DNA from: Adineta vaga
Lineage: Eukaryota > Animalia > Rotifera
Length of the DNA: 64,000 nucleotides
NCBI GenBank assembly: GCA_021613535.1
Contig: CP075495.1
Coordinates: 7,874,001 to 7,938,000, forward strand
Reading direction: 5' to 3'
The notes beneath the pieces are model-generated. The model saw only the letters and a program-made list of their open reading frames with translations. It had not been told where the DNA came from and ran no database searches. Position 1 is the stretch's first letter; every line of letters begins with the position of its first letter. A program made the position numbers and the translations under genes. Below, piece by piece: positions 31,114 through 44,203 of this stretch.

Positions 31114-32217
31114 AGAAAGAACAATCTCATTCCATTGCAATTTTTTCACTTTCAAGATATGTTTTTTAGTCCATTCATATAATGACAATAGAATTTACAT
31201 TTCCTTTTTATTCTTTTAAACTAGTCATCTTCGACTATATTTTGTTTTTTATTTTATTGTTATATTTCTTATCATTTGACGGAATTATTTTATTTGCAAT
31301 TTTTTTCAATTATTAATAATATAAAAGTACATAAATAGAGATATGCTTTTTTTTGCTTTGGCTCAGCCAATCAATTCATTGATACAATACATTGAAAATG
31401 ACTATTGAATAAAAAAAACCTATAAAAGGATTTGTTAAAATGTTTGAAATAATGAGAGAATTCGAGAATTCCACCTTCATGTGTCGACTCACGATAACGA
31501 CATATTTTCAAATGACACCTTTGTCTATTGTTAGATGCAATACAGTTAATAATACGTCCTTAATGGGTTGTAAATACGTATATTATAATATGTGAGCAAA
31601 TATACGTTTTAAGATTACCTTCGTATTATTCACAAGAAGTGATCACCCTTTTCTTTTACAGGGTATTATCGAGGGACTTGTTATTATAATTATGAAAATA
31701 AATTGCGCCGCTAAGAAAGTACAAAAGTCGTTTAACTATTGTAGGAGTAAAGATATATATATATGAGTTCGAAAATACCGTGAGAGAAATGATACTGCTA
31801 CGAATTTTTATCAGGTATTTGTAAAAAACGATTACATTTACAGAGTTTTTTTTCTCCTTACGATATCATTTTACGTTATTCTTGCATCACCTAGCATCTA
31901 TGAAATCAATAGCAGTCTTGACAGAAAGAAATGTATAAAGTATTTTTTTAATTTCTTTGCAAGCCTCCGTTCGCCATCGTCACAATACATGAAATAATCT
32001 TCAGAACATAGGTTGAGTTGCTTTATTTCTTTTTCATGCAAAATAGATGATTCATGTTTCTTTCTTTTAGTACTATTCGATAAGATTATTGAATAACTGA
32101 ATTTGCTGTCAAACGATAGAAGTACTATAAATGCTCGTTTAATCTGTTCTCTACGCACATTTTTTTACACGAACAAAACTTTCTTTTCTTTTTCAACAAA
32201 AAAGTACACACCGGGTT

Positions 32218-32228
32218 GGAATTTTCCC
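32218..32228. promoter_or_regulatory. Rel/NF-kB-like site upstream of TRAF-A
   Basis: GGAATTTTCCC (reverse complement GGGAAAATTCC), followed ~40 nt later by a gtaagt donor suggestive of a non-coding first exon. Confidence 0.45.
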
Positions 32229-32940
32229 AGTAGCAAAAAAGAAAAGATGGTTTTCAACATAAAATAAGTAAGTTTTTTTTGTAGTGTCTCCTATATATAC
32301 TGTGTCTAGTTTTGCCATATTTTATGAGGCATAATTTTTAGATAAACTATTTAGGAATTATTGTTGATATAGTGCATTGAAACATGACGGCATATACTTA
32401 CTTTGTTTTATATAATGATGTAAGCTTGAGTCGAAGAAAAATTTTGTATAGACATCGATAATTAAGTTAACGTAGCTCAGTTTCCAAATATTAGTAAACA
32501 TTTAAGTATATTTTGAACAAAACTCAGTTATTAAGTGCCATATCTTCGAAAAATAAACCGATTTTTATGAAAGATATTTGCATTATTTTGAGAGAACAGA
32601 GGTCATATGAAATATTAGGTAAGTTTTTAGATGTCTTCTTTTTTTTCAACAACTCTTGTAAATCTATTAGAGGTCAATAAGAACAATGTTCTTATCAACC
32701 ATAACTATAATTCAATCGATATATTTTCTAAATATCGATCGGTGTGACCTGAAAATCTTCACGGTGCACCGTTTTAATGTCTATGATATGTCCATTTCAC
32801 ATATAAGCTGCGCTCAGATCTCTTATTCAAACTTAAATGCGTTAATATCCACATCTTTTTTCCTTCAATCTTTTCAATTTAAAAAAAAGTTGTAAGTGAA
32901 TATTTTCAAATACAGATTTTTAATTTTATAATTGTGTAGA

Positions 32941-34866
32941 ATGGTCGGTCACCTAGAAAAGAGCAAAGGCGATATCAAGTCATTACGCATGTGTCAATTG
33001 TGTAATAGAATTTTGCAAGAATCTTTTAAGCTTTTATGTGGAGATCATATATGTAAATCCTGTATGCAAGGAATAACAGGGTATGATGAAATCAATTATA
33101 TTGTAGAAGTGAATATTTCTTCTTTTTTTTACTAGGAATATTATAAAGTGTCCAAAATGCTCACAAGAAACACACCTCAAACCATTCTGCGAAATCTGTC
33201 GAACAAATTTTTCTTCTAACACGACACTTGACGAACATAAACAAAAAGAATGTACTGGAACTATTGTATCATGCGATCTCAAAGAATATGGATGTTCAGA
33301 CTCAGTAAGTGATAGCCCTCTGTATCAAATTAATGATTAAATTATACTGATCCTAGCTAACATTTTTATTGGGAAATATATATCTAAATGTAGTCAAGAC
33401 ACAATTAAAAGGCTTGAAACCATTCTCCTCTACAGAAGCTTCTAAGAATATCTTTGATAAGAACATGTGAGCTGACCGATGTTGGGTATTAGAAAAAGAG
33501 AAAAATACCTGTAAGGTGTCATCAAATCCGATGGTTTTAATTATTTTCGTTCTCAGCACATTCAGATGAGTTCTTTTTGTGAGGCCAATAATATATATGT
33601 ATTTAAATCAAATGACAAAGCACTCCACGATCTATTTAGATCTATCGAGTACAACTATCTAGCACTATCTGAGTGATGTTCATCAAAATGCGATCATTAA
33701 TGTCATTCGACGTTTACCGTTTAAATCACGTAATGATCAGTTGGAACGGACATCAACTATGGATGTCGATATGGAACCAAGTGGTGTTAGTTCAATGACA
33801 ACTGAAACTCTCAATAGTCAAATGCAAGAGATCTATGAAACAATTAATGTTCTTGCTAGTGGTATTCAAACATTAAATGATGACACACAACGTATTAGTA
33901 GTGATTCTGTTCGATTACAAACATCCATTGAAACAGTAACCCAAGAATGTGCATCCTTGAAGTTGAGTATTCAAGAGCAGAGTGTTTTCCTGAATAGCAG
34001 TAAACAAAAGCAAGATATAGTTCGACAAGAAGTTGCATCAATAAAACAAAAAGTGGATGATACACAATATGTATCATATGATGGCACATATACATGGAAT
34101 ATCAAAAACGTTCGAGAAAAAATGAGTAAGTAGAACGATTTTTAATTTCTTGTCTAATACTGATACATGAACGTTCTTATGAAAACTGTATTCCTTTTTA
34201 TATTTTGTAGATGACGCTCAATCCGAAAGACAAATGTCGATTTATTCACCACCATTCTATTCTTCACCGACTGGTTACAAAATGTGTGCTCGACTGTATT
34301 TACATGGTGATGGTAATGCACGTCGCACTCACATGTCATTGTTCTTTGTTCTTATGCGTGGTCTCAATGATGCAGGGTTGGAATTTCCATTCAACTATAA
34401 AGTGACATTCTGTTTGTATGATCAAACACCTCAACAAAGACATATCATTGATTCATTTCGACCTGACATCAAATCAAATAGTTTTCAACGACCACGATCT
34501 GAAATGAATATTGCCAGTGGTATTCCAAAGTTTTGTCCACTGGTAATGATTCAACAAGAAGGCAATTCATACGTTCGTGATGACGCAATGTTCATTAAAG
34601 TGATGGTGGATTTTGGTGAGATGCCAGAGACATTGTTACCCTATGCATTCAGCTTGAATCCAGGATTACCAATGCACATTCAACAAACAATGATTAGACA
34701 AAGATCCGAACGACAAGCTTCAAGGGAAGCACAAGAACCAACGAAATCGCCACGAACTCATTATGTGACCACAGATACGGAACAAACATTGCTTGCAACA
34801 ATGGAAGTAAATACGGGTGACAATGATCAAGACTCAAACATTGCAACAAATATTGACCGTCCATAA
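32941..34866 (+). CDS. TRAF family adaptor, copy A (RING, one zinc finger missing, coiled coil, MATH); 1-nt frameshift at ~33661 unless a rescue acceptor is used
   Basis: Exons 32941-33080 (CQLC..CGDHICKSC), 33136-33304, 33640/33663-34125 and 34211-34866 (SIYSPPFYSSPTGYKM..LYLHGDG..HMSLFFVLMRG..FPFNYKVTF..SFQRPRSEMNIASG). Confidence 0.8.
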
Positions 34867-35412
34867 ATTGTCTATTGTATATACCTGTATTTACATTTTT
34901 TCGTCGAATATTGTGATACAAATGTTTTTATAGCACAGCACTCTATTAAAAATAGCTGTAAAGGTGCGTAACATTTGCTTTTTATAAAATCACAGTTCTA
35001 TAGTTTGATTGCTAAGACTTTTATTGTTAATATTTTCTACTATATGAAAAAAGTACCATGACTACTTCAGCAATAGATCTGATGTTTTTATATAACTCTT
35101 ACGTATCTAACAAAACACTAACAACAGAATAATGGCTATATTTCAGCTGAGATTGAAAAACATCTATGATGATTTGGATAAACAAAACAGACCCATGCAT
35201 AGAAATAAGTTTGATAAACTATGTCATTCAACCAAATTTCACATCTCTTCTTCTTTATCAGCAAGATAAAAACGAAAATTCAAATTTTTCGAAAAGAAAT
35301 GAAAGCGCTTGAGTCGAACCGATATAAAACATTATGTTTTAAGCCACGAAGGCGTAACTTATACACCTATGTAAAACTTGTTTTACTCTTTTTCTCCTTC
35401 TAACGTCACCCC

Positions 35413-36565
35413 GTATTTTTGCACACGTGTTCTGCAAACGAAGAATAGATTTCGAATGCTTTCTTTTCTCATAAACATGTTGCAAGTTTCATACTATGAG
35501 ACATAATCTATACTAAATCGAACTCTTTGTTGTTTCGATGATGAAATAAAAAATAAATATGCAAATTTATTGAAATCAATGGTATTATTGAACGAATTGC
35601 ATCATATATAAGTTGAAATAATTCAGAGAAAAGGAAGTCAAATTTTCATCCATCTTTGTTTCATATTTAAAAAGCAATTCATTCTCTACCAACCTTTCTA
35701 AGCTATTTTTGAAACTTTTTTTCTTCTTCTTCGTTACAAGTCAACAAAGCAGTTTCTAAAAGTACGTACTCACCAAAAGAAACTCTTTAGATTAGGTACT
35801 CTCCTCTGTCATTCCCTATCCAATAACAAATCGACAATAAGACATCCAAGTTTATTCCAGTTTACATTATTCATCTAGATAATTTCACTATCTCTACAAT
35901 ATATTTTTATTTTGGAAAAAAGATACAAACTACTTCTACTTCTACATCTACTCAGTATAGCAGCTAATACAAGTGTACGAATATCTTTAAACTTGATTAG
36001 CATAGAACGTCACGTAAGAAGTTGAGATACAGTGTTATGATCAACTAAAAATTGTAAAAGAGTTTATCTATCAACTATTTTTCTTTCGTTACACAATTTT
36101 AATGAAGGAAATAAAGTATTTATCCATCCTAGGGACAACAGTAGAAATGCTTCGGTGAAAACAAACTTCGATTGATTTCGAATTTCGAAATAGTGCAGTT
36201 TGATCAATCCTTCAAACAGTTATTTTCTATTTTGCATTAGTCATCGACACATTTATATTTCTGAGAAGTGACTCTGCGACTTAAGATACAGAAAAGGTAG
36301 ATTTTGCATGTTTTGATTCTTTTTTTTATTGCTATGCGACGCAAAAAATATTTGATCGAAATCACATACTATTTAATTCGCTTCAATTGAAAGTACTGTC
36401 AACAAGTAAACCCGAATATTTTATCGTTCTTTCCAACTCAGTTTGTTGTCTTTATCTTTACATGGCTTTTTCTTTCCTCTGGCGGGGGATGACTCACTTG
36501 GAACTTTCCAAGCCTTTCATACAAAAATGCAAAGTCTGCTGCCTACAGTGTGAAATCAAAAGGTA
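35413..36565 (+). repeat. Outer inverted repeat, left arm (~1.15 kb, partner 54861-56012)
   Basis: Near-identical reverse complement from gtatttttgcacacgtgttctgcaaacg to gcctacagtgtgaaatcaaaaggta. Confidence 0.93.
36490..36509. promoter_or_regulatory. AP-1 plus kB-like composite element, duplicated at 54917-54936
   Basis: TGACTCA-ctt-GGAACTTTCC. The partner arm reads TGACTCA-ctt-GGAATTTTCC. It is followed by a short candidate exon ending aag|gta. Confidence 0.5.
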
Positions 36566-38209
36566 GGTTGTGTTTTATTCTTTGCTTACGCTATAAAAAT
36601 CCTTTCAAAATCTCTTTAAAACGTTGACGAAAGCGTTTTATGAAGTTAACAAACTCTCAAGTCAGCCAGATTTGAAGATTTCCGATAGTTTCTGTCTGGT
36701 CTTTTGTTTACTCTCTCGCTTCCCTAAGGTTTCCGAAAATATGTAACTCAGCAGATATCCATACACATAAATATACTCTACCCCACATCCTCACCCAAAC
36801 CCTCAAGATAACTTTGCTAAGTAGCAAAAAATATCGAAAAACTAGACGTCAGACTTCGTCAGATATGTTTGTTATCGCTAAAAACGAAAAGTGTTTCACT
36901 TTTTCAAATAGTGGTACCATAAAATACTGGTTTTATTCAACCATTACTGCAACGTTTTAGTTTGCTATAAACTACAGTCGATCTTTTGAAGTCTTCGAAT
37001 ACGAAATGCTTTACTTTAACATTTAAAAAAAATGATTACGTAGTCCAAGCATATAAAAAACATGATCACGAAGATCGATCATTTTCATATCAATGTTTCA
37101 ATTGAAAAATCTGAAATTTATGTCACAGACAGAGGTCATGTCAAGCTATGCAAAGAAAAAACAATTATCTCAGTGGCTTTTATATAGGAATTGCAGCTTT
37201 CAACATGTTGTCCGAAAACCTTTTATTACTCATTACTAACAATATCAATTTTGATAATATAAACCTATTTCAAACATGAATTTGTTTACTAATTATTAAC
37301 TTCTCATACTCGAGAAGAATATATATGCAATCCTTGCTATCCAGTATCATTTTAACACACTGTAACACCTCAGTTTTTCTAATACAGAATTTTTGCGGTG
37401 CCGTCATTGAGCGTCATCTTTATTTGAAAGCTCTCAAAAAAAAATTTGATTGGCTACACACTCTCATTGCTTCGCTAAATACACCTTTTTATTTCTTTGA
37501 TAAAATCGTTACTAGCTAGAAATGCATATGCATCCTTGCAATTGCTTCATCCCATAGATTTTCTCACTCATGATATTTTTTTTTAAATTTTGTTTTGTTT
37601 ATTATAGCAAATGAAATTTTATGAAGATGATCATGCCTATTTTCTCCAGTAGATGAGGAGTTCTTCAATACCATTATATATACACATATGAAGGTATTCG
37701 AATGTTCAAACACATAAAAACCTGATAATATCTCTTATATACGCAAAAAATTATCCTGGAAAACTTTCCACAATAGAAGTCATTAAAAGTAGTTAAATTT
37801 CAATCTTTTGTTAAGTTTTTTTCTAAAAATACTATTCGCTGCAGGAGGGTTTCATTGGAGAGCGGTTGGGGTCGCGACGCATCTCCAATCTTTTGAACTT
37901 TTGTTTTTTTAGCATGATATTTTACGGGCATTTTTCCACATTTTCGAAATTTTCATAAATTTTTTATGCCTTTTCTCAGTTTTTTGCACCCCGGAACACA
38001 TTTGATTTGTTGTGACATAGATAAGAACTCGTCAAGTCATGTCACTTTTCCGTTCCCGCTGTTGATAAACGCTCTCACTACCATTCCGCTTATCAAATTA
38101 AGGCAAATAAAATCGAAAAAGGGTACAAAAAAATACAGAAAAGTGAAGTTCTTACATAAAAACTACGTCAAACTAAGAACACTATGTCCTACTTTAGTTT
38201 TATTCAACA

Positions 38210-40191
38210 ATGGTTGGCTTCGACGCCAGGAATAAGAGTTCCATTAATTCTCTCTACATATGTGGAGTATGTAACTTCATTTTACGGGAGCCTTTTCAGC
38301 TCAAATGTGGTCATCGTCAGTGCAAAACCTGTATCGAAGATACTGAAGGGTATACTTATTATCAAACAGCCGATTAGACTATTTAACACTTCTTTTCCTC
38401 TTCATTTAGGGATGTTCTCAAATGTTCAGAATGCCAAGAAGAATCATCGAAAACTGAGGTTGCCATTTCAAACATGTTTCTTCTTCTATGAAATTGTCAT
38501 TCTTTTCTTTTTCACTATTCAGATAATGCCAGATCGTGGTTTTAGAAATGATATGAAAACTCTACCAATTGTTTGTTCACTATGTGAGTGGAATGGCTTA
38601 TTCAAAGACTATGAGGTAACTTTGGAATACACATTCACTGATATTCTTACCATTGATCGACCATATTTATTGCATGAAATTGTGCAGAAGAACTTTATTC
38701 ACATATAAAGCCATCAGCATTTCACTTGTACGTTGTTTTTTGTTCTAGACCCATCTCAATAAAGTACATCCAAATCCTATTTGTGAATTTTGTGGAGAAA
38801 AGTTCACGTCTAATATTCGATTTGATGAACACAAACAAAAGGAATGTCCTAAAATCACAGTGTCTTGTCCACTCAAAGATTATGGATGTTTAGATTCAGT
38901 AAGTTGCAATTATTTATATTAAATAATAACATATGTAAAAGTATCCGAATCTATCCTCAACATCATCTTAATTGCAATGATATGATTGATAGTTTACAAC
39001 GATTTGTTTAGATCTATCGAGTACAACTATCTGAACACTATCTGAGTGATGTTCATCAAAATGCGATCATTAATGTCATTCGACGTTTACCATTTAAATC
39101 ACGCAATGATCAAATACAAAAAACATCAACCACGAACGTTCCTTTAAAGTCTGAAATCCTGAGTTCAACTGTAAGCACACTGGCAACTGAAACTCTCAAT
39201 AGTCAAATGCAAGAAATCTATGAAACAATTAATGTTCTTGCTAGTGGTATTCAAACATTAAATGATGACACACAACGTATTAGTAGTGATTCTGTTCGAT
39301 TACAAACATCCATTGAAACATTAACCCAGGAATTTGCATCCTTGAAGTTGAGTATTCAAGAGCAGAGTGCTTTTCTCGATGGTATCAAGCCAAATCAAGA
39401 AATTCTTCAACAAGAAGTTGCATCAATAAAACAAAAAGTGGATGATACACAATATGTATCATATGATGGAACATTGATCTGGAAGATTACTAGTTTTCAT
39501 GAAAAAATGAGTAAGTTCAGTCTGATGTGTCACCCGTCGAATGTGATCATAAATAGTTGAGAAAAAATAAGAATAAGTCTAAAGAATGATTGATATTTTA
39601 GTGGATGCTCAATCCGAAAGACAAACATCGATCTATTCACCACCATTCTATTCTTCACCGACTGGTTACAAAATGCGTGCTCGATTGTATTTACATGGTG
39701 ATGGTGATGGTGATGGTAATGCACATCGACCTCACATGTCATTGTTTTTTGTTCTTATGCGTGGTCTCAATGATGCAGGGTTGGAATTTCCATTCAACTA
39801 CAAAGTGACATTCTGTTTGTATGATCAAACACCTCAACAAAGACATATCATTGATTCATTTCGACCTGACATCAAATCAAATAGTTTTCAACGACCACGA
39901 TCTGAAATGAATATTGCCAGTGGTATTCCAAAGTTTTGTCCACTGGTAATGATTCAACAAGAAGGCAATCCATACGTTCGTGATGACACAATGTTCATCA
40001 AGGTGATGGTGGATTTTGGTGATATGCCAGAGACATTGTTACCCTATACATTCAGCTTGAATCCAGGATTGCCAATGCATGTTTATCAAACAAAGGTCAG
40101 AGAACAAATACAACTTCTAGCTGATATAGAGCGTAGACAACAAGAAGTGCTCCGTGAAGGAAAAGCAATTCCCAGGTCAATATGGGCATAA
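38210..40191 (+). CDS. TRAF family adaptor, copy B (RING, 2 zinc fingers, coiled coil, MATH), 6 coding exons
   Basis: True ATG at 38210 (MVGFDARNKSSINSLYICGVCNFILREPFQLKCGHRQCKTC). Exons ~38210-38349, 38410-38458, 38523-38615, 38749-38898, 39012-39510 and 39602-40191 splice in frame. Confidence 0.9.
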
Positions 40192-43100
40192 GAAGAAATA
40201 GAACTCTGTTACAAGCGTTTTGTCCATAATACTAAAACAAAATAATTAACAACATTTACGCATTATGTTTCGTTTTTTTTCCAAAAATGTCTAATAGTAT
40301 TGTATGAAAAAAATATTCAAAATTTTTTTTAAATTTGTGATACTGTTTGTATAATAGTCGGTAACTGCATTTTGTGTTCAATTTCGATGCCCTTAGGACT
40401 TCGGTATAATTTGTTTATTCTATCAAAAATGTTCCTATTCTTTCGCTGTATGAAAATATTTTTATTGTAAAACCGGTGTTTCTCTCATGTTTCTGATTTT
40501 ATCGATGGTCCTACAAACGCAACAAAATTAGCTATTCAAAATGATACAGTGCAGCTCTAATCTTTCAAATTAAATTATCCATCATACTACCAAGATGTTG
40601 ATATCACAATTCATTGATAAATATTTTTATTTCCTTATTTTCTAAACATATTTACGTTTTGTGTTTTTTGTGTATTTCTTGCTTTAATAATGAGTTAATT
40701 ATTCTATAATAATGCACATGCATTATGTGTATCTAAAAAAGTTCACTGACTATCTGAAGATATTAAAACTATTTTGAATAAAGTAAAGATTTGCAAACAA
40801 ATCATTGAAAATGAGTTGATTTATTTTTTCTTTAAAACTCATCTCAGTTTTTAAAATGCAGAATATTAAAATGAGAAGTGTAACGATAGAAAACATCAGA
40901 GCAAGTACACCGAAGTAATACTACGCAATAATCACAGCGCCATACGAATAACAACAACTTGAGTAGATAAGATTTCATTTTGAATTAAGTATTAATTCAT
41001 AAGAAAAATGATGATTATGATGACTATGAAGAAGAACATATTTCCAGAATTTGGGTCTCCATCAATTAATATTTGCATGTTTATTTTGATGCTTTTCGAA
41101 GTTTCATATCAGCAATTAATAGACCGGCATCCTGATCCATTATGCTAATTACAGCACGAACCTTAAAGGCAAAATTTATCTTTTCATGAAAACGAAGGGC
41201 AACATTTTAATGAAATTATACATTCTAATTAAAGAGTCTTTATTGACAATGAACACATTAATTATATAACGTCTGCGTAACAAATGCTACAGATGATGTT
41301 AAAAGATGCCCTACATGTCGGTGTTTTTTTGGTGAAAATATTTTCGTATTTTATATGAGGATAATAAATGATGTACATTTTGAAGTGTTTATTGTCCTTG
41401 CTTTGTTCTCTTTGCAATCTATGTAAATAACTCTCATTTTTATATACTACATAGATTTGACCGACATGCTTTTATTTATCTGAAGCACTCTAAAAAAATA
41501 GAAGTAAATTTTCCTCTAATGTTTGTCATGATCATATAAGATGGTTTATTTCCATCCTAATACTGATGTTATATTGTTTGAAAAATGATAAAATATGACA
41601 TGAATTTAGCTAATCTTAGTCCTTATGATCTGTTGTAACGAAACAAAATTATAATCAGTACGAATGAACATTTTCTCAACTAAAAAGTTAGTAGTCTATC
41701 AGAATATTATACACAATCGATTGTCGACTTACTAGTGTATTCTAAAAACATGATATATTGATAAAATCAATTGAGATTTTCAGATTATGATAGTTTTTTT
41801 AAGAGTACATCTTTACAATCAACTTTTCCTATAGATTAACTGATACTGATTCATCTCATTTGTACGTATTGTTTGTTTTGAACGATTTGTTCTAATTCAT
41901 ATTCAATATTTCATTCACTTTTTCTTTAATTATTATATTTTTCCATTGACATCAGTAGTGGGAAAGTATCCTGTGTAGTCGAAAAGAATGAATGGTATAT
42001 TCCTGTAAGGTATCGATAAAAATACGTAGTATTATATTTCATAATAAAAATGTTAGAGAGGGAAAGAAAGAACAATGATTAATAAGAAGTAAATTACAAA
42101 GAAAATACTTTCTTCTCTTCTTCAAGCAAGAGACATGATATTATAGTAAATGCACGCATATTTCTCATTGATTTTATTTTTTCTACATGCACATAAACAC
42201 TCTCAATCGCGATTTCTCTTGAGTATACGAGCGAAGTCATGTCGAATGAAAAAAAAACGCATGCACATGATTGTCTATATGTCTTAAAGCATTAAGTTTC
42301 GTGTATTTGGACAAAATAGCATACTAATATACTACAGGTGATATAGCTATAATTCTAATTACTCGATACAATCGACAAGAATAACTCTCAATAATTTAGT
42401 TAGGAAAACATCCGATATCATAAAACATATTCTACTAGTTTTTTTAAATCGACTCCAAAGTTCGTTCTTTATTCCATATAATATTCGGATATGAAATAAA
42501 AAAGCTATCGTTGTGATCGATAGATGCATTCAATGTTGTTTGTGATATAAACTTACCGAGTAGTTCAAGAGATGAGTGCAAGTTTTTTGTTCGCAATGCT
42601 ATCAATTGTAAGATTAAAAGCTAATGGGACGAGATTAAGATTCGTGGATCAAAAGTAGTCATATTTTTTTTCTTATAAGAATATATATTTGCTTACTCAG
42701 AGTCGACGTAAATGCACTCAAATAGAGAATGGTGTGATAAATTTGAACACAGTTTGAGAATGAACAGTTATTAGGGAAGAAATGAATTATTCCCATTTAC
42801 GAATATAAGTAAAAGAAATGAGTCAGACACATCCGGAATTATTCTTTATTACAGCAGGGAAAATAGAATGAATCACAGACAAATAACACATCTATAAATA
42901 TAAAAATATTCTCATTGTGGATATATGTTAATACTCTTATAAATTCTTCTGCGTACCATCAATCGAAATAAATTTCAAGTTCCGAAACAACATGTACTCA
43001 AAGTAAGTTTAATTCTGACCTCTTCGTTGCATTAAGTAGATTTTATCGTCTATAATCATTTCAATACATCATATCTTTCTGATGTAATTTAGATATCGAA

Positions 43101-44203
43101 TATTCAAAACATTGTCTAAGAAATTATTCATGAGAATATCACGTGTAATATGAATATTTTTAAAGAAACTACTAATAGCAGAGACATCGACAGGTAATCG
43201 CGAGTGAAACGTCTTTTGTGATTCTCTTGGAACTACTCGGAGAGCATTTTTTTATTTTAACGAATCTTTTCAAATTTCAGGTTGTTCAGCTCGATAGACA
43301 AGATTAAAAACAATAGTTTGACTCTTTTCTCATGCATTCATTCATAGGACTAAGCAAGTAAGTACTTCTATCTCGCTGCATCTATCCTTCAACAAGAAGA
43401 TGTTATTGATGCATTTATTCCATTCCTATTAATCGTTCTCACGATAGCACATGTTCGATGTTTTTTCTTTTCAAACAGACGTGAATATGCAATCATATAT
43501 GTCATTTCGATTATCATGTGTGACTACAATAAAACAGTCAATTTGTTAATTCTCGAGTATTTTCGTATAGGTATTATTACAAAGTTAATTTTCTTATTTC
43601 AACATTTTCATTCAAGAATGTCCGAACTCTTTTTTTTATACTGCAAAAATTATTGTCTAAATGGAAGATTAGTTGTGAAATCGCAGATAATTTAAAACAA
43701 ACACACAATGCAATCGGAATCATAATCATTTCCAAGTAGTTACAAGCGTCTGTGAATATATTGATGACATTGGTGTGATGAAATCATTTTCAAATATTCC
43801 AATTATGATTTTGAAAGAAAATGAATGAGTAATGCAATGAAAAAAACTAATTAGTGAAAATGATCGATTACACCGTTTCACTCATTTCAGGGACTTCTTC
43901 AATCGAACAAATGTATTGCTTACTCATTTTTGCCATAGTAGCATGTGAACATTCATTATGATCAAATATTGATGCAGTGAATATTCATAAAGTTCCAAAT
44001 AATTTTTTCGATCGTTTTATTTCTGAAATTTAATTTGAATATTATATTGTACGCATGAATCATTTTTAAAAAGATGAAAATCCTGCATGTATTCTATACA
44101 TATATATCTATGTACTTCGACTCTGAGTAGATCTATCAACATAGTCTTCGATCCTCATCAATCAAAAGAATTCATCTTGTTTCATTTTAAGATTTCATAT
44201 ACA

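Noticed and set aside
38184-38708. 174-aa ORF-track protein, duplicated at 51689-52213
   Set aside because: It is a wrong-frame read-through of TRAF RING exons and introns. Its conservation is explained by the DNA duplication; the real ATG is 38210 (52187 in copy E).
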